Assembly: GCA_964352425.1 (NCBI GenBank)
Contig: CAYGRZ010000002.1
Location: 18,240 to 82,239 of the forward strand
From: an uncultured Planctomycetia bacterium
GTDB lineage: Bacteria > Omnitrophota > Gorgyraeia > 2-01-FULL-45-10
DNA length: 64,000 nucleotides
Direction of reading: 5' to 3'
The notes under the pieces are model-generated. The model ran no database searches. It was not told the DNA's origin and saw nothing but the letters and a program-made list of their open reading frames with translations. Positions 37,386 to 47,227 of the stretch are shown piece after piece. Within the stretch, counting starts at the first letter, position 1; every line of letters begins with the position of its first letter. Both the position numbers and the translations under genes were made by a program.

Positions 37386-38697
37386 TCGGCCCGACGGCGC
37401 CGGATTCATTACCCTCTCATCGTACCCGCAGGCAATAGCCCATGTGGACTGCGACGCCTTCTTCACCTCCTGTGAGGCCGCGCGTGACCCTGCCCTGAAA
37501 GGAAGGCCTGTCGCGACGGGAAAAGAGCGCGGCATCGTCTCCTGTCCGAGCTACGAGGCGAAGGCCGCAGGCGTGGTGCGCGGCATGCGTCTCGGCGATG
37601 CGAAGAAGGCGTGCCCTGGCCTCATAATTCTCCCGAGCGACTACGAGCTCTATTCGATCTACTCGACGCGGATGTTCGCGATCCTGCGCCGCTTTACGCC
37701 GCAGGTCGAGGAATACTCGATAGATGAGGCCTTCTGCGATCTGGCGGGACTCAGGCGTTTCTACAGGACCTCCTATCCAAATATCGGCCGCGGGATAAAA
37801 GAGGCCGTCACCAAAGATCTCGGCATCACGGTCTCCGTAGGCGTGAGCCTGTCCAGGATACTCGCCAAGCTCTGCTCAAAGCATCAGAAGCCCGACGGCT
37901 TCACTGCCGTCCCGGGCCGTAAGCTTCACGAATTCTTAAAAGACATGCCTCTCGAACGCGTCTGCGGCTTCGGCCCGAACACCGTCGCGCTCCTTAATAA
38001 ATGCGGCGTCGGCACCGTCCTCGACTATGTCAGGCAGCCCGAAAATTTCGCGGCAAAACTCCTCGGCAAGATCGGCGTCGAGCTTTGGCGGGAACTCAGG
38101 GGGCAGCAGGTCTACGAGGTCTCGACCGAGCCGAAGGAGCGGTACCTGTCCATCAGCAAGACGAAGACCTTCTCGCCGGCGTCGGCCGAGCGTGACTTCG
38201 TGAAAGGCAGGCTCATGCGCAATATGGAATCGGCCTGCATCAGGCTGCGCCGCCACGGCCTCTCAGCCCGCTGCCTGGCCGTGTACCTGCGCCGCGCGGA
38301 TTTCAGCCACGCCGGCTGCGAGGCGCGCCTGACGCGCCACTCGTCATCGACGCTCGACTTTGCCGCCTCCTGCGCCGCGCTCTTCGACGCCATCTTCAAG
38401 GAACGCACGCCCTACCGGGCCACCGGCGTCATCCTTTCGGAGATAGTAGAAGGCGAAGGGGAAGGCCCCGACCTTTTTGACGACCCGGTCAAGATCGAGC
38501 GGACCAGGAGGCTCGGCCACGTGATAGACGAGATAAACGCCTCGTACGGAAAGCACGCGATACACCTGGCGTGCACGGACATCATCGGCAGCAAGGCGCC
38601 TCATCCGCGAAACGAAAGCGCCTGGCGCACAACTGCGCTCCTGAAAGGCGAGACCTCCCGCAAGCGCCTGGCCATCCCGCTCCTCAAGCTCAAATAA
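37366..38697 (+). CDS. Y-family (error-prone) DNA polymerase, DinB/UmuC-like
   Basis: IAHVDCDAFFTSCE and YSIDEAFCDL catalytic motifs. Overlaps the lexA stop, forming an SOS operon. Confidence 0.85.
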   Translation: MSANIADRPDGAGFITLSSYPQAIAHVDCDAFFTSCEAARDPALKGRPVATGKERGIVSCPSYEAKAAGVVRGMRLGDAKKACPGLIILPSDYELYSIYSTRMFAILRRFTPQVEEYSIDEAFCDLAGLRRFYRTSYPNIGRGIKEAVTKDLGITVSVGVSLSRILAKLCSKHQKPDGFTAVPGRKLHEFLKDMPLERVCGFGPNTVALLNKCGVGTVLDYVRQPENFAAKLLGKIGVELWRELRGQQVYEVSTEPKERYLSISKTKTFSPASAERDFVKGRLMRNMESACIRLRRHGLSARCLAVYLRRADFSHAGCEARLTRHSSSTLDFAASCAALFDAIFKERTPYRATGVILSEIVEGEGEGPDLFDDPVKIERTRRLGHVIDEINASYGKHAIHLACTDIIGSKAPHPRNESAWRTTALLKGETSRKRLAIPLLKLK

Positions 38698-38794
38698 TCG
38701 CTTCATCAGGTATCCGTCCTCCTACTATATATGATGCAAAAAGGCGCAAAATTGTTGCAAACTATTTTAAAATTTCTGTGATATAATATCAGCC

Positions 38795-39190
38795 ATGCCG
38801 CATACCGACGATTCGCATATACTCGAAGAAGACCTCGATTTTGAGATATCCTTCTACGAGGACATACTGAAGACGAAGCCCGACCTTGTCGACGCCCTCA
38901 TCGTCCTCGGCGACGCCTATACGCAGAAGGGCCTCTATGGGCAGGGCCTCGGCGTGGACCTCAGGCTCTCGCGGCTCAGGCCGAAGGACGCGACCGTCCA
39001 TTATAATCTCGCCTGCGACTATTCTCTTCTGAAAAGAACGGACGAGGCCGTCGCAACGCTCGAAAAGGCGGTAAGGCTCGGCTACAGGGCGTTCGACTAC
39101 ATGTCGAAGGATCCCGACCTGGGCCATATCAGGAACGACGTGCGGTATACCGCACTGGTCGCGAAATATAAGAAGAAGAGGGGAGCATAG
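38795..39190 (+). CDS. Tetratricopeptide-repeat-like protein
   Basis: Helical repeats (ALIVLGDAYTQKGLYGQ, HYNLACDYSLLKRTDEAVATLEKAV). Extended -10 promoter TTGCAA...TGaTATAAT upstream. Confidence 0.45.
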   Translation: MPHTDDSHILEEDLDFEISFYEDILKTKPDLVDALIVLGDAYTQKGLYGQGLGVDLRLSRLRPKDATVHYNLACDYSLLKRTDEAVATLEKAVRLGYRAFDYMSKDPDLGHIRNDVRYTALVAKYKKKRGA

Positions 39191-40005
39191 TGAGCGATCT
39201 CATACTATGCAAAAAATGCGCCAAAGAGACGAACAAGTACTCGCCATATTGCGAGCATTGCCATGAGCCTTTGGCGCGGGAAGAGCCGGCACCATCACCA
39301 GCCTCCGAGGCCGCGGGGCAGCCCACACACCCCGGCGCCCGGACCATAGCCGAACAGGGCAAGGCCCTGGGCGAAGCGCTGGCAAAACATTCCGGCCGTT
39401 TTATGAAAAAATGCCCGTTTTGCGCCGAGGAGATACGCCCCGATGCGATCAAATGCCGGTATTGCGGGGAGCATATAGCCAAACCCGCCGATCACGCGGG
39501 CAGAAAGATGGCGATCTTTCTGCCATTGTTGGCCGCCGTGGGGATATCGGCCGCTTTCATATTGTTCTATACCGGCGTCATCCGTCTTCCCGCCATCGGA
39601 TTCGTCGGTGGTATCTGCAAAGACAAGACGGGCCTCTTAAGCGATGAATTAAAGAGCGATCCGGCTAAGGCCGAGTACGTAAAAAATTATATCACTCTGA
39701 AAGAAATCGGAACGCTCGACGAAGCGGATTCGAAATACGGCACGGTAAAAAAATACGTGTACGGGACTCTCAGGAATTCCGGCAATAAGCTGGTCATTAA
39801 ATTAAAAGTTACCGTCTACTATCTGGATAAGAGCGGCGCCTGCATAGCGGAGGGCTCGATCTGGCCCGTGTTAGGCACTAAGGCCAAACATGATCAGTTC
39901 AAACCGGATAGCCTGAAAGACTTCCAGATCGAGATCATAAATGCTAATCCTGCATGGTCCCGCACCATTAAAGCGAAGGTTTCCGATATAGAGTTTTCAG
40001 AATAG
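39190..40005 (+). CDS. Double zinc-ribbon membrane protein with a C-terminal extracytoplasmic domain
   Basis: CxxC...CxxC pairs (CKKC..CEHC; CPFC..CRYC), one TM helix, no recognised domain afterwards. GTG start. Confidence 0.5.
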   Translation: MSDLILCKKCAKETNKYSPYCEHCHEPLAREEPAPSPASEAAGQPTHPGARTIAEQGKALGEALAKHSGRFMKKCPFCAEEIRPDAIKCRYCGEHIAKPADHAGRKMAIFLPLLAAVGISAAFILFYTGVIRLPAIGFVGGICKDKTGLLSDELKSDPAKAEYVKNYITLKEIGTLDEADSKYGTVKKYVYGTLRNSGNKLVIKLKVTVYYLDKSGACIAEGSIWPVLGTKAKHDQFKPDSLKDFQIEIINANPAWSRTIKAKVSDIEFSE

Positions 40006-40119
40006 GCCGTGATCCCGGCGGCCGTATAGTGCGATATCGTTTTGATTTACGAAGCCTGCTGGTGTACAATAGTAGGCTGCAGTATAGATAACGTAGGCTT
40101 AAGCACAAAAAGGAGCGAA

Positions 40120-40620
40120 ATGAAGATACGTCAAAAAAGCAAAAGTTCTCCGGTCACGCCGCAGGCCGGGCCGGATGTAGCGGCCACGATCGACAGGATA
40201 CAGCAGCAGCTGGTATTTTTAGAGAAGAAGATAGATACGCTGATCAGCCAGTCTTCGGCGAGGCCTCCGGAGGCGCGGCATTTTTCAAAACCCTTCCAGC
40301 GCTTTGACCACGCCCCCCGCCACGGCGAAGGAAGACAGGAGGGCGGTTTTAAGGAAAGGACCCTGCATAAGGCGATCTGCGCGGACTGCAATAAAGAATG
40401 CGAAGTCCCTTTCCGGCCCAGCGGCGAGCGTCCGGTGTACTGCAGGGAGTGCTTTGCGAAACGCAAGACCGGCGAACCGTTCAAAGCCAAACACGAGCAC
40501 AGGCCCAGGGAAGAGAGCTTTTCTCAGGAACGCCACTTTGAGAAGCGGCGCGGCGGCGAAGGCCGGAAGTCCGCCGAAAGAAAGAAGCCGGTTGCCCGGC
40601 ACCGGAAAGGGCGCGCGTAG
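40120..40620 (+). CDS. CxxC-x17-CxxC domain-containing protein (basic, coiled-coil N-terminus)
   Basis: CADC-NKECEVPFRPSGERPVY-CREC matches the CxxC-x17-CxxC family exactly. ATG at 40120 with an AGGAG RBS. A paralog lies at 45214. Confidence 0.6.
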   Translation: MKIRQKSKSSPVTPQAGPDVAATIDRIQQQLVFLEKKIDTLISQSSARPPEARHFSKPFQRFDHAPRHGEGRQEGGFKERTLHKAICADCNKECEVPFRPSGERPVYCRECFAKRKTGEPFKAKHEHRPREESFSQERHFEKRRGGEGRKSAERKKPVARHRKGRA

Positions 40621-40704
40621 ATATTCGGCTTGAGAAGTTTAAGCGGCATGATACAATGTGCGGGTTTCTGTGATGCGGTGCGATCGTACAATAGGGGATC
40701 GATA

Positions 40705-40932
40705 ATGGGAACGTCAAGGTGCTGGCAGGACAATGTCGTTAATGGATTCGGTAAAAGAAACGGCAAGATGAAAGTAGTCGACAGAAAGAAACTCAGGCGG
40801 CTCTTTGTGCGGAAGATGGTCAAAGAGCTGAAGGCCGCCGGTAAACCTGTTGATCTGCAGGCGATCAACCATACGGCGAGGGACACGTACGGCAGGAAGA
40901 GGCAGTCCCAGAAGCCGAAGCACAGGGTGTAG
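40705..40932 (+). CDS. Small basic hypothetical protein (~75 aa)
   Basis: ORF with an AGGGGA RBS. Lys/Arg-rich. No recognisable domain. Confidence 0.3.
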   Translation: MGTSRCWQDNVVNGFGKRNGKMKVVDRKKLRRLFVRKMVKELKAAGKPVDLQAINHTARDTYGRKRQSQKPKHRV

Positions 40933-41025
40933 ACTCTTCGTCCGCCGCCACAGCCGGTTATTGCCCACCTGCCACGCGTAAGCGGCAGGTGGGTTTTCTA
41001 TCGAAAGAGAGAGGAGGCCAACGAG

Positions 41026-41535
41026 ATGGCGTATGAGGACGGGAAAGATTATTATGAAGAAGAGGAATCGTCCCCGGTAGCGCAGGTCGCGGTCCGGGAC
41101 GCGGGCCGATTTGTCGAGGCGATGCTGCGTTTCTTCGCCGGCAAAGGGACCCTGTACGTCTCGTCGTATGATTTCGGTTACTGGGCGGGCCTGCTGTCGT
41201 GCTTCAGGACCGGCGAGAGGGTAAAGCTGAAAACGTCTTTGCCGGACCCGGCATTTTTGGAGAACGGATTCAGCATAACCGAAGAGTTCATCTATGTCTT
41301 TTCGATCGACTGCCTTAAAAATATAGACGCCAGGAACATGTTCAACCAATTCCTGGTCTACCGGGAAGGTTGCGCGCTCGTCCAGTGCTGCAGTAATTTT
41401 GACGATGTGTATGTGAACATCAAAGCGCCGCAGAGCCTTATCAGGACGCTGATCGGCAGCGATATCATCGCATCCTGGGACATGCTCTCCGCGCCGATAA
41501 AAATAGGTTGCAAACGGCTCCGCCAAAAATTATAA
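41026..41535 (+). CDS. Hypothetical protein (acidic N-terminus, no recognised domain)
   Basis: 169-aa ORF with coding-like composition. Confidence 0.4.
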   Translation: MAYEDGKDYYEEEESSPVAQVAVRDAGRFVEAMLRFFAGKGTLYVSSYDFGYWAGLLSCFRTGERVKLKTSLPDPAFLENGFSITEEFIYVFSIDCLKNIDARNMFNQFLVYREGCALVQCCSNFDDVYVNIKAPQSLIRTLIGSDIIASWDMLSAPIKIGCKRLRQKL

Positions 41536-41561
41536 TAGAGCTAAAAGAGGAGCGCCCGCAT

Positions 41562-41948
41562 ATGGATAAACCAGCCGTTGAAGAGAAGCGCGAGTTTCTG
41601 CGTTACCGGTATGACCGCCCCTTAAGCTATACAGTCATCACGTCTTCAGGCGAGCCGGGTGTCCGGTCGAGGGCGCTTGACGCCGTCGCCAGGAACCTGA
41701 GCGCCTGCGGGGTGCTTTTTTCAAGCAAGCACCTCCCGGAGATATCCAGCATCATCGCGCTCGACCTGGATTACCGGACCACCAGGATATGCCAGGAGAT
41801 CGAGGCCAACGCGCTCATCGTCAACAATAAGATCGTCGGGAAGGTCGTCCGCATCGAGGAAGACGCGGACGGGCTGTACGGGGTCGGCGTCGCCTTTATC
41901 AGGAGGCTGGCCCGCCTGCCGAAGGACCTCGAAAAACTTATCACATAG
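41562..41948 (+). CDS. PilZ domain protein (c-di-GMP receptor-like)
   Basis: RxxxR motif (REFLRYR) and D/NxSxxG motif (NLSACG) at canonical spacing. Confidence 0.6.
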   Translation: MDKPAVEEKREFLRYRYDRPLSYTVITSSGEPGVRSRALDAVARNLSACGVLFSSKHLPEISSIIALDLDYRTTRICQEIEANALIVNNKIVGKVVRIEEDADGLYGVGVAFIRRLARLPKDLEKLIT

Positions 41949-41997
41949 CCGGCGGCGGGGCCGTCTCCCCGAAGAAACCCCTCATCGTTGGGATGCT

Positions 41998-42549
41998 ATG
42001 CGATACCCGATCAGATTCCCGGCCCTCATCATCTGCCTGAGCCTCATCGTGTGCGGATGCGCCGCGATGCGCTATCCGGGCGCCTACAAAGTGGAGGGCA
42101 GGGAGTTCAAAGAATTCAAAGACCTCGATGATGAACGCGCGCTGAAGCTGGTCGCCCTCATCTATAATGTCAAGACGCAGTGCTGGGAAGACGGCATAGC
42201 CAGGGGCATCGCGCTCGAAGAGTATCAGGGCCTCCTCGCAAAGAGAAAGTCCCCGTACATAAAAAATTCCGGCATCTTCGACATCAAATATGATAAGGCG
42301 AACATCCCGTCGTGGAAAGACGGGGATCTGGCGCGATTATACGATTGCCTTTATCCGAAGGCCAATGCCTACTACGCCGACTCCGCGCCCGAGCTTTCAG
42401 AAACGCAAAACGCGCGCAGGATCGTATTCCTGACGGCGGTCAATGCCGTCATCAGGGAGCTGAAGAAGCGGGACATCACCCGGAAGGCGGTCATGATCGC
42501 CGGCCAGGTCCTGACCACCGCTCTTACGGTCGCGCTGTCGCTTATATAA
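41998..42549 (+). CDS. Hypothetical lipoprotein
   Basis: Signal peptide with a Cys in a lipobox-like context (LSLIVCGC). Confidence 0.45.
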   Translation: MRYPIRFPALIICLSLIVCGCAAMRYPGAYKVEGREFKEFKDLDDERALKLVALIYNVKTQCWEDGIARGIALEEYQGLLAKRKSPYIKNSGIFDIKYDKANIPSWKDGDLARLYDCLYPKANAYYADSAPELSETQNARRIVFLTAVNAVIRELKKRDITRKAVMIAGQVLTTALTVALSLI

Positions 42550-42563
42550 TACGGGGATCCTGT

Positions 42564-44474
42564 ATGAAAAAAATGATCGTCCTTGTCCTCCTGGCGCTCT
42601 GCGCCATCGGAGCCTATCCTGCCGGGGCCGAAGACGCAAAGGATAAGGAATTTCTCGATACGATCGAAAAGCAGGCTTTCGACTATTTCTGGAAAGAGAC
42701 CAGCGCCGAGACGGGCCTTACCTATAATACATCGGAAGTAAGGGCCCCCGCGACGAATGCCGCGACAGGTTTCATGCTGTCCGCCCTGGTGATCGGCGTG
42801 GAGAGGGGATGGATAACCCGTGATGGGGCGTACGGGCGTGCGCTCGCCGCGCTGAAGTCTGTTGCAAAAATGGAGCGGTTCCACGGGTTCACCTATCATT
42901 ATTTCCACATTGAAGACGGCACGCGCATGTGGTCGAGCGAAGTCAGCTGTATCGATATGGCGCTATTCCTTGCCGGGGCCATCACCGCCGGCGAATATTT
43001 CAAGGGAACGGAGGTCGAGGAGTTGGCCGGCCGGATATTCAGCCAGACGGACTGGCAGTGGTTTTTGGACGGCGAGAATATCCTGCAGATGTCATGGAAA
43101 CCGGAAGGGGGTTTTTCCGCGAGGATCGACAGGTTCTCCGAAGGCATTCTGTGTTATATACTTGCCATGGCCTCGCCGACACATCCGATCGCTGCGTCCT
43201 GCTGGGACGCCTTTTTACGGCCGGTCGGGAAATACGGCGGCCATGAACTCATCTACGTCTCAGACGGCAGCCTGTTCCAGTACCTGTACCCGCTGGCATG
43301 GCTCGACCTGAGGGATAAGCACGACAGGTACGCCGATTACTGGCAGAACGCCATAAGCGCCGTCAAGGCCAACAAGGAATATTGCCTCAACAATGCCTCC
43401 GCCTTCAAGACATTCAGAGAGGGGTTCTGGGGCCTGAGCGCTTCGTTATCGCCCCGCGGCTACAAGGTATTCGGCGCGAAGCCCGGGAGAAACCTGACCG
43501 ACGGCACGGTCACGGCCGATGTCGTCGCCGCGTCGATCCCGCTTGTCCCGGAGTTCGCGATCGATGACTACAGGGCCATGTACCGGAAGGTCCCCGAGGC
43601 CATCGAGCAGTACGGCCTGACCAACGCTTTCAACATCGACCAGGACTGGGCGGCGCGGCATTATATCGCGATCGACAAAGGGCTGATGCTGCTGATGGTG
43701 GAGAACTACCGGACCGGCCTTATCTGGAAGTATTTTATGCGTAACGCCCATGTCCGCAACGGCTTTGCCGCGGCAGGCTTTACCCCGGGAAGCCAGCCCC
43801 TTCCCTCGAAACAGGACATCATCCCCGGGAATCCTCACGATACTGTCGAGGTTAAAAAGATCTCAGCGGCCGTGAGCGTGGATGCCGACCTTTCGGAATG
43901 GAAAGGTGCCGCACCGGTCATTCTGACAAGCAAGGGTAATAGGAACGTCGAGGTCATCCTGGGGTACGTCAGGGACGATGTGGATGCGAGCGGGCAGTTC
44001 TACCTGGCGTGGGACGATGACTACCTGTACATAGCCGGAAGGATACAGGATGACGAGATAGTCTGCGGGAAGGCCGGAGATAAGATATACCAGGATGACT
44101 GCGTCGAGGTCTTTTTCGATGTGGACAAGAACGGGTTTTACTTTAACAGGAACCTCAATGATTATCAGCTTGGGTTAGCGCCGGGAGGGCCCGGCGCTCA
44201 GCCGCAGGCCTGGGCGTGGGGATACCGGAACACCGTCCCTGCGGGCGTGCTCTATGCCGCCAGGCCGGCCCCGGGCGGCTATAATATTGAACTGGCCATC
44301 CCGTTCGCCGAAATAAACAATTTTATGCCGGGCGACGGGAAGAGTGTCCTGTTCTCGATCTCGATCCATGATCGCGATAAGAACGGTAAGGCCAAGAAGC
44401 TCACGTGGTCGGTCGATTCGATGAGCGATCCCGATACAATCATGTTCGGGACGCTTGTCCTGAAAGAGAGATAG
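42564..44474 (+). CDS. Secreted glucoamylase-family (GH144-like beta-glucanase family) protein with a C-terminal CBM9-like sugar-binding domain
   Basis: Signal peptide. N-terminal region FDYFWKETSAETGLTYNTSE and an (alpha/alpha)6-like core reminiscent of Pfam 'Glycoamylase' proteins. C-terminal DDCVEVFFDVDKNGFYFNRNLNDYQLGL resembles CBM9/DOMON-like modules. Family assignment is tentative. Confidence 0.5.
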   Translation: MKKMIVLVLLALCAIGAYPAGAEDAKDKEFLDTIEKQAFDYFWKETSAETGLTYNTSEVRAPATNAATGFMLSALVIGVERGWITRDGAYGRALAALKSVAKMERFHGFTYHYFHIEDGTRMWSSEVSCIDMALFLAGAITAGEYFKGTEVEELAGRIFSQTDWQWFLDGENILQMSWKPEGGFSARIDRFSEGILCYILAMASPTHPIAASCWDAFLRPVGKYGGHELIYVSDGSLFQYLYPLAWLDLRDKHDRYADYWQNAISAVKANKEYCLNNASAFKTFREGFWGLSASLSPRGYKVFGAKPGRNLTDGTVTADVVAASIPLVPEFAIDDYRAMYRKVPEAIEQYGLTNAFNIDQDWAARHYIAIDKGLMLLMVENYRTGLIWKYFMRNAHVRNGFAAAGFTPGSQPLPSKQDIIPGNPHDTVEVKKISAAVSVDADLSEWKGAAPVILTSKGNRNVEVILGYVRDDVDASGQFYLAWDDDYLYIAGRIQDDEIVCGKAGDKIYQDDCVEVFFDVDKNGFYFNRNLNDYQLGLAPGGPGAQPQAWAWGYRNTVPAGVLYAARPAPGGYNIELAIPFAEINNFMPGDGKSVLFSISIHDRDKNGKAKKLTWSVDSMSDPDTIMFGTLVLKER

Positions 44475-44484
44475 GCCGCGCCAT

Positions 44485-44916
44485 ATGCCGGGGAGGTCTG
44501 CGATGGGTACATTCGGCGCAAGTCGCCGGAAAGAAGAAGCCCTGCGGGCCGAGATGGCGCGTTTCGGCGTAAAAGAAATCGACCTGGCCGAGCATTTCAT
44601 ACGTTCGACCGGCCCGGGCGGCCAGAATGTCAATAAGGTAGCGACCGGCGTCTACCTGAAACACCGGGTCACGGGGATCGAGGTCAAGTGCATGGCCGGG
44701 CGCTCCCAGGCGCTCAATCGTTTCAGGGCGCGGCAGATACTCCTGGCGAAGATAGCCGACGCGGTCCTCGGCAGGGAGTCCGAGGCGCGCAGGACGATAG
44801 AAAAGATACGCCGGCAGAAGAGGAAGCGCTCGAAGAGGGCGAAAGAGAAGATGCTTGCCGCCAAGCGCGCGCATGGCCGGCAGAAGACATTGCGCAGGCC
44901 GGTGGAGATGGAATAA
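44485..44916 (+). CDS. arfB: Alternative ribosome-rescue factor ArfB (peptidyl-tRNA hydrolase, class I release-factor domain)
   Basis: GGQ motif (STGPGGQNVNKVATGV) and basic C-terminal tail. 143 aa. Confidence 0.75.
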   Translation: MPGRSAMGTFGASRRKEEALRAEMARFGVKEIDLAEHFIRSTGPGGQNVNKVATGVYLKHRVTGIEVKCMAGRSQALNRFRARQILLAKIADAVLGRESEARRTIEKIRRQKRKRSKRAKEKMLAAKRAHGRQKTLRRPVEME

Positions 44917-45015
44917 GCGGCAATTTTTTTTATGTATTTATTAGGTTATTTTTGCCTTTTGGTGTATAATACGCATGTCCCGTGCGGGATGGCCCCACGA
45001 TAAAAGGAGGGCAGG

Positions 45016-45201
45016 TTGGCAAGAGACAATTACTCGTATCGAAAGTATCAGAGGGAATTGACAAAGAAAAAGAAGAAAGAGGCAAAGCTGCAGCGTAAAC
45101 TGGATAAGAAGAACGTACCGTCAGCGGGGGATCCAGGGCAGGTTCCAGGCGGAGATGTAGCGGTAAACCCGGAAGCCCAAAACAGTAACCAAAGCTCATA
45201 A
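45016..45201 (+). CDS. Small lysine-rich hypothetical protein (61 aa, TTG start)
   Basis: AAGGAGG RBS 5 nt upstream of the TTG. Extended -10 (TGtATAAT) upstream. Confidence 0.35.
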   Translation: MARDNYSYRKYQRELTKKKKKEAKLQRKLDKKNVPSAGDPGQVPGGDVAVNPEAQNSNQSS

Positions 45202-45213
45202 AAGGGAGGAAAC

Positions 45214-45383
45214 ATGGGATATCAAGGCGGTGGTGGCGGCGGATACGGCGGAATGCCGAGAGAAATGCACAAAGCGGTGTGCGCTGAGTGTAAGAAGGAA
45301 TGCGAAGTGCCCTTTAAGCCGAGAGAGGACCGTCCGGTATATTGCAAGGACTGTTTCTCGAAGCGCAAAGATAGCGGCCGTTA
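45214..45383 (+). CDS. CxxC-x17-CxxC domain mini-protein (56 aa, Gly-rich N-terminus)
   Basis: CAEC-KKECEVPFKPREDRPVY-CKDC, a paralog of the 40120 protein. GGGAGG RBS. Not in the ORF track (under 60 aa). Confidence 0.55.
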
Positions 45384-45408
45384 AGTAGAGTCGCGGATCC
45401 GCATTAAA

Positions 45409-45443
45409 AAGGCCCGTCATTTTCACGGCGGGTCTTTTTTTTG
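45409..45443. terminator. Bidirectional rho-independent terminator between convergent genes
   Basis: Stem AGGCCCGTC/GGCGGGTCT (two G-U pairs) with a T8 run downstream and an A-run upstream. Confidence 0.6.
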
Positions 45444-45471
45444 TTCACCCTGCCGCCATCCTTCGACAGGC

Positions 45472-47211
45472 TCAGGATGGCGGTCCGAGCCTGTCGAAGG
45501 CCGCCATCCGCGAAACGGCATCCCGCCGTATCTTTTTCGTGGCCGTTTTCGGCAGCTCCTCATACGATACGCCGAAACTCACTATCCTTTTATACGGGGC
45601 GAGGCCTTTACCAAGCCGCGCGATCTCTGACGATATCGCGGATGTGACCGCATCCGGCGCGGTGATCCCGCTCTGCCCGAAGTGCTCCATATCGGGCACG
45701 ATGACGGCGTAGACCTCTTCGTGCCCTTTGCGTAAGCCCCGGCCGGCGGTCCTGGCCATCACGCATATCTCTTGTATATACGGGCTCTTCCCGACGACCA
45801 TCTCAACCTCTTCAGGGAATACCTTCTTGCCGCTGCCCAGGACGATCATGTTCCGCTTCCTGCCCGTTACGAACAGGAAGGCGTCCTTATCAAAATATCC
45901 GAGGTCGCCCGTATAGAACCATCCGTCCCTGATAACCTGGGCGGTCTTTTCGGGATTCCCGAAATAGCCTTTCATCACGTGGGGCCCGCGCGTCAGGATC
46001 TGGCCCTCGGCATCGGTGTCTCGCTCTTTCAGTATCTTCACCTCGACCCCGGGCAGCGGTTTTCCGACCGAGCCGAACCTGTTCTGTTCGAATGTATTGA
46101 CCGATATGACCGGAGCCGTTTCGGTCAGGCCGTATCCCTGCAGGACGCGGAAGCCGAGCGCGTTCATGTCGATCTCGACATCGGCGTCGAGCGGCGCGCC
46201 CCCGCTGATAAACGTATGCAGCCGGCCGCCGAATTCACGGTGGATCGAGCCGAAGAATACGCGTCCGGCCCGTATATTATATGTGACAAGCGCTCTCGAC
46301 GCGGACAGGGCCCGCCCGAAGAGCCATCGCCTGAACGGGGAGAGCCTGGCGGCCTTCTTCATGATGCCGGAGTGGATCAGCTTCAGGACGAGCGGTACGC
46401 AGATGATCGCGGTAGTCCCGGTCTGGCGCATCAGCGGCAGGAGCGTGCTCGTCTTCAGGGCGTCGCAGTAGGTCACACACGAGCCGGCATAAAGCGGCGC
46501 GATCAGGCCGCCGGTTATCTCGAGCATGTGGCTTAAGGGGAGCACGGAGAGGAGCCGCTCTTTCGGCGTGCAACGGATGATCTGGCTGAACTCGAGCACC
46601 TGGAAGAGGAGGCTCCTGCAGCTTATCTCGACGCCTTTGGCGACGCCGGTCGTGCCCGAGGTGTAGATGATGATCGCCGTGTCTTCCGGATAGATGTCAC
46701 GGAGGCGTTCCTTGCCCCTGTGGGGGCGCAGCTTGTGGAGCTGGATGACGTCCGTGCGCTCGCTCCTGTCGAGCAGTATGATGTTCGCCAGATACGGCAG
46801 GACGTTACGCAGGCGGTCTATGGCCGGAAGATACTTCGCGCTGACGAATATGCACTTTGCCCGGCTGTCGTTTAAGATAAACTCGACTTCCGGGTCAGAG
46901 AGCTTGACGTCGAGCGGGAGGATGGCGCCGCCGCAGGATATGATGCCGAAGTATGCCGCGGCCCACTCGGGCCTGTTCTCGGAGAATATCGCGACCCGGT
47001 CGCCCTTCTGCACGCCGAGGTTTATAAGGACCGAGGAGATGCTGACGACGCGCGCGCCCAGCTTGACGAAGGAGATCTCCTTGAAGGAGCCGTCCTCGTT
47101 CTTTATCCGCAGCGCCGTCTTGTTGCCGTATTTCTTATTGATCGCCTCCAGTATCTGGCTGATCGTGACGCCCTGCAGGACGTTCCTGACCATCGAGTCG
47201 ATCATACGCAC
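45472..47211 (-). CDS. AMP-dependent synthetase/ligase (long-chain fatty acid-CoA ligase-like)
   Basis: AMP-binding motif YTSGTTGVAKGV. 579 aa. Confidence 0.8.
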   Translation of the reverse strand: MRMIDSMVRNVLQGVTISQILEAINKKYGNKTALRIKNEDGSFKEISFVKLGARVVSISSVLINLGVQKGDRVAIFSENRPEWAAAYFGIISCGGAILPLDVKLSDPEVEFILNDSRAKCIFVSAKYLPAIDRLRNVLPYLANIILLDRSERTDVIQLHKLRPHRGKERLRDIYPEDTAIIIYTSGTTGVAKGVEISCRSLLFQVLEFSQIIRCTPKERLLSVLPLSHMLEITGGLIAPLYAGSCVTYCDALKTSTLLPLMRQTGTTAIICVPLVLKLIHSGIMKKAARLSPFRRWLFGRALSASRALVTYNIRAGRVFFGSIHREFGGRLHTFISGGAPLDADVEIDMNALGFRVLQGYGLTETAPVISVNTFEQNRFGSVGKPLPGVEVKILKERDTDAEGQILTRGPHVMKGYFGNPEKTAQVIRDGWFYTGDLGYFDKDAFLFVTGRKRNMIVLGSGKKVFPEEVEMVVGKSPYIQEICVMARTAGRGLRKGHEEVYAVIVPDMEHFGQSGITAPDAVTSAISSEIARLGKGLAPYKRIVSFGVSYEELPKTATKKIRRDAVSRMAAFDRLGPPS

Positions 47212-47227
47212 TCTCCGCGCCGGTTAC

